Source: a virus (Duplodnaviria; Caudoviricetes). Taken from it: a stretch of 26,407 nucleotides of DNA. Positions within the stretch are counted from its first letter, which is position 1. The number at the start of each line of letters is the position of its first letter. Under the pieces are notes generated by a model that ran no database searches, had not been told where the DNA came from, and saw only the letters and a program-made list of their open reading frames with translations. The stretch is taken from positions 1 to 26,407 of the IMG/VR virus record IMGVR_UViG_3300042997_000157; one strand, given 5' to 3'. Position numbers and translations under genes: made by a program. Below, in pieces: positions 1-7,906 of this stretch.

Positions 1-89
1 TCAGTAGGATCATTAAATCCTATTGATAGACCTTCAATACTTTTTGTAATGTCCTTGCGGAACTTACTAATGTCAAAAGGTTTTCCCAT
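1..89 (-). CDS. uvsX: UvsX/RecA-like recombinase, N-terminal fragment (runs off the window edge)
   Basis: Manual translation from ATG at 89: MGKPFDISKFRKDITKSIEGLSIGFNDPT. This resembles the N-terminus of RecA-like proteins of large T4-like phages and lies downstream of gp32. No ATPase motif falls inside the window. Confidence 0.65.
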   Translation of the reverse strand, partial: MGKPFDISKFRKDITKSIEGLSIGFNDPT

Positions 90-90
90 T

Positions 91-285
91 TTAATTATCC
101 ACTTCCATACTGAGTGCTTCTTTGATTACTTCAAAGAGTTCTGCTTCGGTAGCACACATAACTTTGCAGTTCTTCCAATCATTTTCTTTGTCTCTTCCAC
201 CGACTTCAATCATAAAGCCGTTATCATAACGATTGATAGTAAATGATTCATTTACTTTTGACAGTTTATTTAATTTTTTTGCCAT
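91..285 (-). CDS. Small hypothetical phage protein (64 aa)
   Basis: Start moved to ATG 285 (MAKKLNK), which has an AAGGAG Shine-Dalgarno just upstream. Tightly packed in the gp32-uvsX run. Confidence 0.75.
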   Translation of the reverse strand: MAKKLNKLSKVNESFTINRYDNGFMIEVGGRDKENDWKNCKVMCATEAELFEVIKEALSMEVDN

Positions 286-298
286 ATTATTCTCCTTG

Positions 299-529
299 TT
301 ATTTGTGTATACCATTAGTATACACACTAAATGGTTGCTTGTCTAGCATGTCTGGACATTTTTCTGCCATTGAATCGATTTCCCAATCTTGAGGGAAATG
401 TCTTAGTGCGCCTCTAGCTCTATCTCTAATGATGCTAGGCACTCTGGGTGTACGACCTGGGTCGCATAGTTCCTCCAACAATTTTTTACCTTGCTTAATG
501 GCTCGGTAGCGTTCGTCTGGTAGTGTCAT
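299..529 (-). CDS. Hypothetical phage protein (MTLPDERYRA-type)
   Basis: 76-aa ORF with an AGGAG RBS, co-oriented with its neighbours. Confidence 0.75.
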   Translation of the reverse strand: MTLPDERYRAIKQGKKLLEELCDPGRTPRVPSIIRDRARGALRHFPQDWEIDSMAEKCPDMLDKQPFSVYTNGIHK

Positions 530-546
530 AGTGTTCTCCTAAGGAA

Positions 547-560
547 GGGGCCGAAGCCCC
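547..560 (-). terminator. cUUCGg hairpin after gp32 (terminator or mRNA-stabilising stem)
   Basis: Minus strand reads GGGGC-TTCG-GCCCC then TTCCTT (weak U tract), 8 nt after the gp32 stop. Confidence 0.65.
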
Positions 561-568
561 ATCGCCTA

Positions 569-1567
569 TTAAGATTTATTTTGTCTAGCACGAATCATTG
601 CTAGAATGTCTTGTGCTTTGTCACTTGACGTACCTGATGTTGGTACTTGAATAGGTGCAGTAGTTACGGCTGGTTCATCTTCCCATGGTGCTGAGGATTC
701 AGCAACAGGTGCTACTGCGGGGGTGCTGGTTCCAGCAGACACAGTTGGTTTTTCCGCTGTCGCTCCAGCTGGTGCTTCTAGTCCCCAAGGACGATAGTAT
801 GCGCCCCAACGTTCGTTGTCGAACGGTTGACCATCAACTGATGCTTCAAACATTTCCTTGATGATACGTACTTCAGCTTCTGTTGGCTTCTTGGGCAAAA
901 AGTCTTTTAGATTGAACAAGCCATGTGCTTCAATAGCGGCTTGTTCTGCTTCAGTTAATGCGCTTTCTTTACGTGCCCAGTTACTAGTAGAATAATCTGC
1001 ATAACCACCTTTACTTGTTTTCTTAATATTGAAATCAAGACCACGCATAAAGTCTGTTGGCAATTCTTCAATCTCAGGATCCATCAATCCAGATTTAACG
1101 ATTGGGATAATTTGTGGGCTGATGATGAATCTACGAATAGGGTTCGCAGGAGTCTTGTCATCGCCTAGTGGGTTTTGACGAACAAAACCTTGGAATAGAT
1201 AACTACGTTTCTTCCAATACTTGTTTGCCATTTCTTTCAATGTTTCGTCTTTGTACCAAGGACGAACTTCTGCCAAGATAGGGCAAGCATCGCCATACAT
1301 TTCCATACACGGAACTTGTACAACTGTTTGTTTAACGTTAGGATCACCCTTGACACCATTGAATGGCAACTTGATGATTTGTTTTTCAACCCAGAAGAAA
1401 TCATTCTTTGAGTCGCCGTCCGGCAAGAAACGAATTGTAGCAGTAGTGCCTTCATCCATGTTCCAGTGGGGGTAGACTGAGTTGTCTGATTGGGTGTTAG
1501 AACCCTTGTTGCTTGACTTGTTTTCTTGTGCCGCGATACGAGCACGAATTTCTGCTAATGATGCCAT
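569..1567 (-). CDS. gp32: T4 gp32-like single-stranded DNA-binding protein
   Basis: IRFLP motif, C-x7-CPI segment, YWKKRSY, G-x-DF-x-I-KK-x4-G-x-ADYS-x-S motifs, low-complexity C-terminal linker, and position upstream of a recombinase. Confidence 0.9.
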   Translation of the reverse strand: MASLAEIRARIAAQENKSSNKGSNTQSDNSVYPHWNMDEGTTATIRFLPDGDSKNDFFWVEKQIIKLPFNGVKGDPNVKQTVVQVPCMEMYGDACPILAEVRPWYKDETLKEMANKYWKKRSYLFQGFVRQNPLGDDKTPANPIRRFIISPQIIPIVKSGLMDPEIEELPTDFMRGLDFNIKKTSKGGYADYSTSNWARKESALTEAEQAAIEAHGLFNLKDFLPKKPTEAEVRIIKEMFEASVDGQPFDNERWGAYYRPWGLEAPAGATAEKPTVSAGTSTPAVAPVAESSAPWEDEPAVTTAPIQVPTSGTSSDKAQDILAMIRARQNKS

Positions 1568-1646
1568 GATATTTTTCCTTATAAAATTGAGATGGTCTCG
1601 TTTTTGATATTCGCTACTTCACCGTGAAGTAACTAACACAAATGTA

Positions 1647-1675
1647 AGTATAGCAAATGCTTACAAGTATGTCAA
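1647..1675 (-). promoter_or_regulatory. Sigma70-type (early) promoter for gp32
   Basis: TTGACA-17 bp-TATACT with an extended -10 (TGcTATACT). Confidence 0.85.
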
Positions 1676-1678
1676 TAG

Positions 1679-1685
1679 TATTTAT
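1679..1685 (-). promoter_or_regulatory. T4-like late promoter element (ATAAATA) upstream of gp32
   Basis: 7/8 match to the T4 late consensus TATAAATA, immediately upstream of the early promoter. Confidence 0.5.
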
Positions 1686-1697
1686 GCCAGATGTGGG

Positions 1698-1722
1698 AAA
1701 CCTCACCTTTTAAGTGAGGTTT
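1698..1722 (-). terminator. Intrinsic terminator hairpin
   Basis: AAACCTCAC-7 nt loop-GTGAGGTTT just after the stop of the 1731 gene. Confidence 0.65.
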
Positions 1723-1730
1723 TTGAAAAC

Positions 1731-3365
1731 TTATTTACCCAATAAGCGTCTTATAGTATCCAAGTCTTCTTGACCTTCGCCAACTAGATCACCGATTGTT
1801 GCTGGCTTGTGTGCTTTAGGACCTTTGTTGCGCCATTGGCCAGCTTCACCTGTTGTGTAGTCACCTGCAAACTCGCTCTCAGCTACACCTTGTTCTTTTT
1901 CTTTTTGGCGCTTCTCTAACTCTTTAGCGTATTGCTTGATTTTTTCACGGAAAGGCTTATCCCAATTTTGGTCGTTATCACCTTTAGGTGAAGATTTAAC
2001 AGCGTCATACTGGCCTGTGTCAACATCTTCTTCGTCTACACGCTTTTCAACATCACTGTACGCCATGCTTGGCTTGCCGTTTTCTGGGTTACGAACACCA
2101 GCTTTCTGTTTCAAGTCTTTAAGCAAATCTTCTTTGTCACCACCGGTAACGATTCTATCAAGTGCTTTAACACCCTTCTTAATTGCATCAGCAAAACCTT
2201 CTTCTAAGTCAAAGGCTTTTAAGTTACCTTCTTCAGTTTCATCGTTGTGTGATAATGTTTCTGCTCCGGCTGCTTCTGATAAATCATCTTCTGGAGCTTC
2301 ATTACCATCTTCTGCTGTTTCACCTTCTTTAGACTCAGGAGGTTCCTCACTTGCTTCGCCACCATCGCCACCTTCTAACAATTTGTCAGCCCATTCAGCT
2401 AATGCATCAACTTCTTTCATCTCACCTAAGTTCTTTTGTAGCTTAGATAATATTGGCATCACACTTTCAATACGAGGGTCAAGTGTTTCTTGAACAAACA
2501 ACTCATTTAAATTAGTTTCTTCAACTTCATCTTCCATCAATGAAGGAGTCCAACTTTCAAAATATTTATTGTAACCTCTACCACCAGCCATACGACTTAG
2601 TGTTTCACGTAATTTAGTATAGTGATTTGCACCCTCTAGTACTAGACGCTGTGCTGATTCGTTGAATTGACCATTTCTTGTAGCACGAACAAATCCTGCC
2701 ATTTTGTTATAGTCTTCAACTAATGATGTAATATGATTGGCTCTGTCATCATATGGTGTGCCACCTTCAGCTATATGTCTAGCATATACTCTAGCGATAC
2801 CAGGCTTAATTGTAGGTAATAAGAAACGTTCTCCGTCTGTGTTTTCTACAAATATACGTGCAACATTACGATATCTTTGCTCACCTTCAACTATGTTTCT
2901 AGTGTGTTCGATAACAATTTTAACTTGAGGTACAGCATCACTGTAACTCTTGTTTTTACCTATTGGGTAATATCCTTCGTCTAATTTTTTCATATGATCC
3001 CTTTTCGCCATATCATGTTTTAAATGGTCGGTGTTTTTAACTTGAAAGCTAAGTTGACGGTTTTTTGCAAAACGCTTTAAGTGATTTAATAGTCTGTACC
3101 AAGAAACATCATCAGTATCTGATACTTCTTTTTCACTGTCAGCTATCTTATCATTAAAGTAAATGACTAATTTATGTAGTCCGTCAATAGATATAGTGAC
3201 TACTCCATAATCTACATCGTCTTTAACAAAATTGAATTGAAAGACTTCAGCTTCTTCCGGTACTGGAATTTCTTTGCCCGAAGTATCTAGCATTGTAGGT
3301 CTGTACCCACGGGTGCTTAATAGGTCGAACAATTCGCGGTTTATTGATTCATTGCTTTTTGGCAT
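1731..3365 (-). CDS. Acidic late/virion-associated protein, possibly a head core or internal protein
   Basis: Start moved to ATG 3365 (MPKSNES), 4 nt after a GATAAATA late element, which removes the overlap with terL. E/D-rich C-terminal half with many (L/V)-x-E motifs. Function is inferred. Confidence 0.6.
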   Translation of the reverse strand: MPKSNESINRELFDLLSTRGYRPTMLDTSGKEIPVPEEAEVFQFNFVKDDVDYGVVTISIDGLHKLVIYFNDKIADSEKEVSDTDDVSWYRLLNHLKRFAKNRQLSFQVKNTDHLKHDMAKRDHMKKLDEGYYPIGKNKSYSDAVPQVKIVIEHTRNIVEGEQRYRNVARIFVENTDGERFLLPTIKPGIARVYARHIAEGGTPYDDRANHITSLVEDYNKMAGFVRATRNGQFNESAQRLVLEGANHYTKLRETLSRMAGGRGYNKYFESWTPSLMEDEVEETNLNELFVQETLDPRIESVMPILSKLQKNLGEMKEVDALAEWADKLLEGGDGGEASEEPPESKEGETAEDGNEAPEDDLSEAAGAETLSHNDETEEGNLKAFDLEEGFADAIKKGVKALDRIVTGGDKEDLLKDLKQKAGVRNPENGKPSMAYSDVEKRVDEEDVDTGQYDAVKSSPKGDNDQNWDKPFREKIKQYAKELEKRQKEKEQGVAESEFAGDYTTGEAGQWRNKGPKAHKPATIGDLVGEGQEDLDTIRRLLGK

Positions 3366-3369
3366 AATG

Positions 3370-3377
3370 TATTTATC
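3370..3377 (-). promoter_or_regulatory. T4-like late promoter (GATAAATA)
   Basis: Sits in the 19-nt gap between the terL stop and the next ATG. Confidence 0.55.
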
Positions 3378-3384
3378 TTTTCCC

Positions 3385-4932
3385 TTAGGATATAACAGCA
3401 AAGAATGGTAAGGGGGCTATATATTCATCGTGATCCCTGATCTGTTCTTCCAAATTATAGTGATAATCACTCAGTGTTTGTAGCATTCTAATCACTAATA
3501 ACGAACTCATGACCAAATCGTCCGTATCTCCTATTTTAGCCGCATAACTACCACCATTAGCAACAAAAGCTTTTAGTTCACTAATCAAAGACCTACTATG
3601 TATCTTCATTTTTTTACTCTCTAGTAACGTTTTGAACTTAGCACATGCAGTTAATTTGACCTTCTGAGTAGTATTGAAGCCTTTTCGCTTTTTGCCGGCC
3701 TCACTTAAAAATAGTCCCGGGATATTACTTTCCCCGTATTCATTGAGTGATATAAGTGAAGCCTCTCCTATACTGTTGTTTTCTACAGAATAGTATATAT
3801 TATTAGGTTCACCAGTACATTCTGCTATATATTTGTTAATTTCAGCTAACAGCTTAATCTGATTAGGAATATCGGTCTTGTTGTGCTTCCATTCACCTAC
3901 TTGTGTTGTAGTGTTTGCTTCAAAGATTTGAATTGCAGCCGGGTCACCACCTGTACCTAAACTTGGATCTAATCCCACACAATATAGATTGCCCTTTGTA
4001 GGCTTCTGATACCAGCGTACTTGTCCCATTCGAGATACAGGTTCAATACCTTGAAGCATTAATAAAGTATTTGGATTGATAAGTGTTTCGTCAGCAATAA
4101 TGAACTCACAACCAATCTCTCGGTTGAAACGATCCTCACCGAGCTGTGCTTTCATTTCATCAGCCCACTTTTGATCTCTACCGGGCTGTTCACTCCAATG
4201 TGCTCTATATGCTCTAAAGCCATTAACACCTAGTTCGGTTGTGTTACCAAAATCATCTTCAGTCTTGTTAGCACCTTTCCAGATGAAGGCAAATTGATCC
4301 TCGTCACTGTTTGGTGTACTTGTTATAATCGCTTTACCACCAGTAGATAGGGTTGGTGTGATGGCTGTCCAGAATTCTTTAGCGATACTTGGTCTAACGA
4401 ATGCAAACTCATCTAGGTATAATAATGTAATAGACATACCACGACCTGTATTTTCAGTAGTTGTTGCACTAACAATACGAGATCCATTTTCAAAGTCTAG
4501 TGAGCCTTTGTTGTATGTTGTTACACCTGCTTTAATGTAGTCAGGACAGTTTTCATATGCATAACGTATACGTTGCATAATCTCCTGAGCACCTGTATAT
4601 TTGTGTGCCGCAACTAAGATAGTAGAGTCAGGAACAAACATAGCATACCAAAGTAAATATCCCGCGGCTGATGTAGACTTACCAGACTGTCGAGGCATCA
4701 AACTAATAGAGTAACGATAGTTGTGATATGTTTCAATCAATCGTTTTTGATAGGGCCAAGGATGATATACCATACTACCTTTAGTAGGGTGTTGTATCAT
4801 AAAGAAGTTATCCATAAAGTATAGATAACCTGTATCTGGGTCACAGCATTTAATAAAATCCTGTAGTTCTTTATCAGTTTTAAAAACTGTTTTAGTATAC
4901 GGATTTTTTACTAGTGAAGGTGCATTACTCAT
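3385..4932 (-). CDS. terL: Terminase large subunit, T4 gp17-like
   Basis: Q motif (WPYQ), Walker A PRQSGKST, Walker B LLYLDEFAF, coupling motif ITSTPN, nuclease acidic motifs GLDPS and DDLVMS. Confidence 0.95.
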   Translation of the reverse strand: MSNAPSLVKNPYTKTVFKTDKELQDFIKCCDPDTGYLYFMDNFFMIQHPTKGSMVYHPWPYQKRLIETYHNYRYSISLMPRQSGKSTSAAGYLLWYAMFVPDSTILVAAHKYTGAQEIMQRIRYAYENCPDYIKAGVTTYNKGSLDFENGSRIVSATTTENTGRGMSITLLYLDEFAFVRPSIAKEFWTAITPTLSTGGKAIITSTPNSDEDQFAFIWKGANKTEDDFGNTTELGVNGFRAYRAHWSEQPGRDQKWADEMKAQLGEDRFNREIGCEFIIADETLINPNTLLMLQGIEPVSRMGQVRWYQKPTKGNLYCVGLDPSLGTGGDPAAIQIFEANTTTQVGEWKHNKTDIPNQIKLLAEINKYIAECTGEPNNIYYSVENNSIGEASLISLNEYGESNIPGLFLSEAGKKRKGFNTTQKVKLTACAKFKTLLESKKMKIHSRSLISELKAFVANGGSYAAKIGDTDDLVMSSLLVIRMLQTLSDYHYNLEEQIRDHDEYIAPLPFFAVIS

Positions 4933-4938
4933 AGTGAG

Positions 4939-4946
4939 TATTTATA
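4939..4946 (-). promoter_or_regulatory. T4-type late promoter TATAAATA (exact match)
   Basis: TATAAATA-ctcact-ATG of terL. Confidence 0.8.
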
Positions 4947-4951
4947 TCCAC

Positions 4952-4977
4952 AAAAAAAACGGCAAGCCGTTTTTTTT
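4952..4977. terminator. Bidirectional intrinsic terminator
   Basis: A8-CGGC-AA-GCCG-T8 between the methyltransferase and terL. Confidence 0.8.
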
Positions 4978-5668
4978 ATTTGATATCTAACGGTCTTTGC
5001 TTAGTAGCAACGATGCAATAGTATCTTTCTTTAACTTTTTTGACTTCGCCAGTTTCATCAGGTACACCTAACTCAAACTCTAAGTTTTCAAATTTGTCTA
5101 TGTTGAATCCACAACGAACTAGTAATGCGGCAAGTTGTTGTTCTCCTAAGATACTATAATGATTCAAGTTCCATTCGTGTTTTCTATCACAGTCTGGAGC
5201 AGGAACTTCAATATAAATCTTACCAAATTGTTTCAATATACGATTATATTCCATCAAGCTAAAGATAGGATATGGGCTATGTTCTAGTGCATGACGTAAG
5301 AAAATGAAGTCAACGCTTTCATCATAATATCCATCTTTTTGTGGGATGAACGTCAAATCATAAGGTTTGATGGTGTGACCTTTGCTCTCGCAAATCTTGA
5401 TGTCACCGGGACTTAATGTAACTCCGGTTACATCTGTATATTCTCTAGTTTTCATTTCGTCTAAAAAGTAACCTGGGCCGCAGCCTAAGTCTAAAATTTT
5501 AGCAGTTTTAGGAATATTTAATGGGTCGATGTATTGTTTTACAACCTGTGCAGTTAGGTCTTTGTGAAACTGACTATCTCCCTCATCATAAATGTGTGCA
5601 GTGTATAGCCACTCATTGTAAAATTTGAGTTTGATTAAGTCTAGTGTTGTGTTTATATCTATAAGCAT
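4976..5668 (-). CDS. Class I SAM-dependent methyltransferase
   Basis: Motif I ILDLGCGPG, D-x-I-FLRHALEH and RILKQFGKIYIEVP segments typical of Methyltransf_11/23-like proteins. Substrate unknown. Confidence 0.85.
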   Translation of the reverse strand: MLIDINTTLDLIKLKFYNEWLYTAHIYDEGDSQFHKDLTAQVVKQYIDPLNIPKTAKILDLGCGPGYFLDEMKTREYTDVTGVTLSPGDIKICESKGHTIKPYDLTFIPQKDGYYDESVDFIFLRHALEHSPYPIFSLMEYNRILKQFGKIYIEVPAPDCDRKHEWNLNHYSILGEQQLAALLVRCGFNIDKFENLEFELGVPDETGEVKKVKERYYCIVATKQRPLDIK

Positions 5669-5719
5669 TGAGAATCCTGTAAATTATACATTTACTTATT
5701 CTCATATCAACAGCTTAAA

Positions 5720-6094
5720 TTATTTTTTGTAGCCTTTAAACGGCTTTACAACACTTTGAGTATTAGTAGTCGATACTTCTTCACTATCCATATCACCTTT
5801 ATTTAAATCTATATACTCTAATCCGGCAGCTTTATATGCTAATTTAAGCATAGCTTGTTCTTCTTTGGTATAGGGATGTGTTGTATTATGTTTGCCTACC
5901 CAACTTTCTGCGGGCATATCGATTGGATTTATTCCATCACTACTTGCTACGGCCATCATTAGACGATTTAAATCATATTGTCTATCATAGCTGTCTATTT
6001 TCTTTGAAAAAATATTTAACCCACGGGTAGATTGTTGTTGATGGTCAGATATTTTGCCAACTTTAGATTCGAATACAAATTCATTTGCTCTCAT
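5720..6094 (-). CDS. Putative internal head protein, paralog A
   Basis: N-terminal MRANEFVFE resembles the T4 internal-protein capsid-targeting peptide. Shares ESW(V)G and TN-x-QS-x-x-KPFKGYKK with its neighbour. Confidence 0.55.
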   Translation of the reverse strand: MRANEFVFESKVGKISDHQQQSTRGLNIFSKKIDSYDRQYDLNRLMMAVASSDGINPIDMPAESWVGKHNTTHPYTKEEQAMLKLAYKAAGLEYIDLNKGDMDSEEVSTTNTQSVVKPFKGYKK

Positions 6095-6486
6095 TTTTTG
6101 TATCCTTTAAAAGGCTTGAGAGTTGATTGTATATTGGTGTTAGGTAATTCACTACTTTCAAGTGTTCCGGTCAATATCTTAGACGATTTTCCGACTTTCT
6201 TGAGTGCTTTATCGATAGTATTATCCAATTCTTCATCAAATTCCGAAGATACTATTTGGTGTTCTCCCCAAGCACTTTCTGCTTCAAACTCATTTTTAAA
6301 TTTATTCTGTACACCATCATCTTGACCACCTTCTCCACGCACTGCGGCAATGGCTAATCCAAATCTATACAACTCATAAAAGTCTGAGTTCTTTAGTTCA
6401 GGCATTATATAGGTCTTGGGTAGCGAATAAGACACCATAGTCAATCCGTTCGTCTTTTGTTCACTAATAAATTCTTTTGCTCTCAT
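6091..6486 (-). CDS. Putative internal head protein, paralog B
   Basis: N-terminal MRAKEFISE, C-terminal TNIQSTLKPFKGYKK, ATGA overlap with paralog A. Confidence 0.55.
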   Translation of the reverse strand: MRAKEFISEQKTNGLTMVSYSLPKTYIMPELKNSDFYELYRFGLAIAAVRGEGGQDDGVQNKFKNEFEAESAWGEHQIVSSEFDEELDNTIDKALKKVGKSSKILTGTLESSELPNTNIQSTLKPFKGYKK

Positions 6487-6487
6487 T

Positions 6488-7021
6488 TTATTCAGTTGTT
6501 ACAATCAATAAGTTTTCAGTACCCATTAAATCTCCGGCGGGATACCCATCTAATGATATATCTATACCGGGGTCACTTTCTCCGACCCATGTAACCTGAT
6601 ATGAAATGAAATGTTGCAGTGTAGCAGTTGATAATGGGCTAGCGGTAACATTTACATTACCACCGGTTACCACTACATCATAGCTAGTAACTGCATTACC
6701 ATTGAATGATGTTCCGTAACCTACCCACTTAGCACCCAATCCATTGTTGTTTTTTGCTACTTTAATTAAAATATTTTGACTGTCTTGTGTTGCCGGATTA
6801 CTTGAATTAATTTGAAATTGAGCTTGCGTGAAAGTGTTTGCAGATGTTGTGAAAATAATTTGATTAGCAGTGTTACCAACTGTATATGTCTCTAGTGTAT
6901 CATAATAGGTTCCAAATAAAGTAGAAAAATTATTGTTAATTTTCTGGAAGGCGGTGCGTAACGGATCACCTTCACCGTCATTAGGTAACGCTCCTATATT
7001 GATAATTTCTTGGGTTGACAT
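6488..7021 (-). CDS. Virion structural protein with a T4 gp9/gp10-like N-terminal motif
   Basis: INIG-x3-NDGEGDPLR-x-AF-x-KIN-x-NF motif, beta-rich T/S/N body, late promoter upstream. Confidence 0.75.
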   Translation of the reverse strand: MSTQEIINIGALPNDGEGDPLRTAFQKINNNFSTLFGTYYDTLETYTVGNTANQIIFTTSANTFTQAQFQINSSNPATQDSQNILIKVAKNNNGLGAKWVGYGTSFNGNAVTSYDVVVTGGNVNVTASPLSTATLQHFISYQVTWVGESDPGIDISLDGYPAGDLMGTENLLIVTTE

Positions 7022-7044
7022 GTTAAAAATCCTAGACTATGATG

Positions 7045-7052
7045 TATTTATC
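7045..7052 (-). promoter_or_regulatory. T4-like late promoter (GATAAATA)
   Basis: 23 nt upstream of ATG 7021, followed by an AGGA RBS. Confidence 0.6.
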
Positions 7053-7104
7053 TCTCTAGTCAAGACTTGGATCTAACAATAAATAATGGCTTAATAATAT
7101 GCTA

Positions 7105-7371
7105 CTATTTACTAATCGCATCATATATTTTCTTTTGTTCGTTATACCAATCTTGCCATCCGTCTACTTTAGTTGAGCACTCATAATATAGAGAATAGTT
7201 ATGAACAACTACCTTTAACATATCAGTAATTGCTACTTTATCACCTTCAATTTTTTTTAGACTTTCACATTTTTTCATAAGTTCAGGGGTAGCATTAGGA
7301 AACTTTTGTGTTACCGGAACTGTAGTAGAGCAACCTGCAATAAAAAATAATGAAATTAATAGATATTTCAT
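7105..7371 (-). CDS. Outer-membrane spanin (Rz1-like lipoprotein)
   Basis: Signal MKYLLISLFFIAG-C (lipobox), Pro-containing linker, two periplasmic Cys, ATGA overlap with an upstream TM/coiled-coil gene. Confidence 0.75.
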   Translation of the reverse strand: MKYLLISLFFIAGCSTTVPVTQKFPNATPELMKKCESLKKIEGDKVAITDMLKVVVHNYSLYYECSTKVDGWQDWYNEQKKIYDAISK

Positions 7372-7871
7372 TTCTTTGCCTCCGCAGCCTTATTCAACTC
7401 AGTAGCTTGATTGTGTAAATCTATGAATTCTTTAGGTACAGGGCAGTTTTCAATATACTTGATTACTTCTTCTCTCCTAATTCTTTCAGGACCTTCTACT
7501 TCTTTAATTATTTCTTTTGTATTCCATTTATCAACATACTTGATAATGTCACGACCTTTTTCACGGATTACTTTAGTCTTTTCAACAACTTTTTCTTGTA
7601 TTTCTACATTCTTGTTTGCAGATTGTGCTTCAGCTTTTGCTACTTTAGCTTCCATCTCTTTAACTCTAAGTTCCCATTCTTTATAGTCGGCTAAGCCGCC
7701 CTCAAGATAGACACCAAAGACAAGTACAAGAATGCTACAAACTTGTATAGCAAATTGATAGGTTTTGACAAAAGGAATGAATCCTAGGACGAATCCTGCG
7801 ATTGTGCCCAAAATACCTAATCCAAAGATTATATGTATTGCGGCTTCGGGTAGTATTGATAGTATCCACAT
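7368..7871 (-). CDS. Inner-membrane spanin (Rz-like)
   Basis: Start moved to ATG 7871 (MWILSILP). N-terminal hydrophobic segments, charged coiled-coil, C-terminal C-x-VP-x-x-FI-x-LHN, directly upstream of the lipoprotein. Confidence 0.7.
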   Translation of the reverse strand: MWILSILPEAAIHIIFGLGILGTIAGFVLGFIPFVKTYQFAIQVCSILVLVFGVYLEGGLADYKEWELRVKEMEAKVAKAEAQSANKNVEIQEKVVEKTKVIREKGRDIIKYVDKWNTKEIIKEVEGPERIRREEVIKYIENCPVPKEFIDLHNQATELNKAAEAKK

Positions 7872-7879
7872 AGTATTTG

Positions 7880-7886
7880 TATTTAT
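7880..7886 (-). promoter_or_regulatory. T4-like late promoter (ATAAATA) for the spanins
   Basis: 8 nt upstream of ATG 7871. Confidence 0.55.
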
Positions 7887-7906
7887 GCCGAGGTGGCACG
7901 TTTCCA

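Noticed and set aside
3385-4932. Intein or homing endonuclease in the terminase
   Set aside because: 515 aa with normally spaced ATPase and nuclease motifs; no splicing or endonuclease motifs seen.
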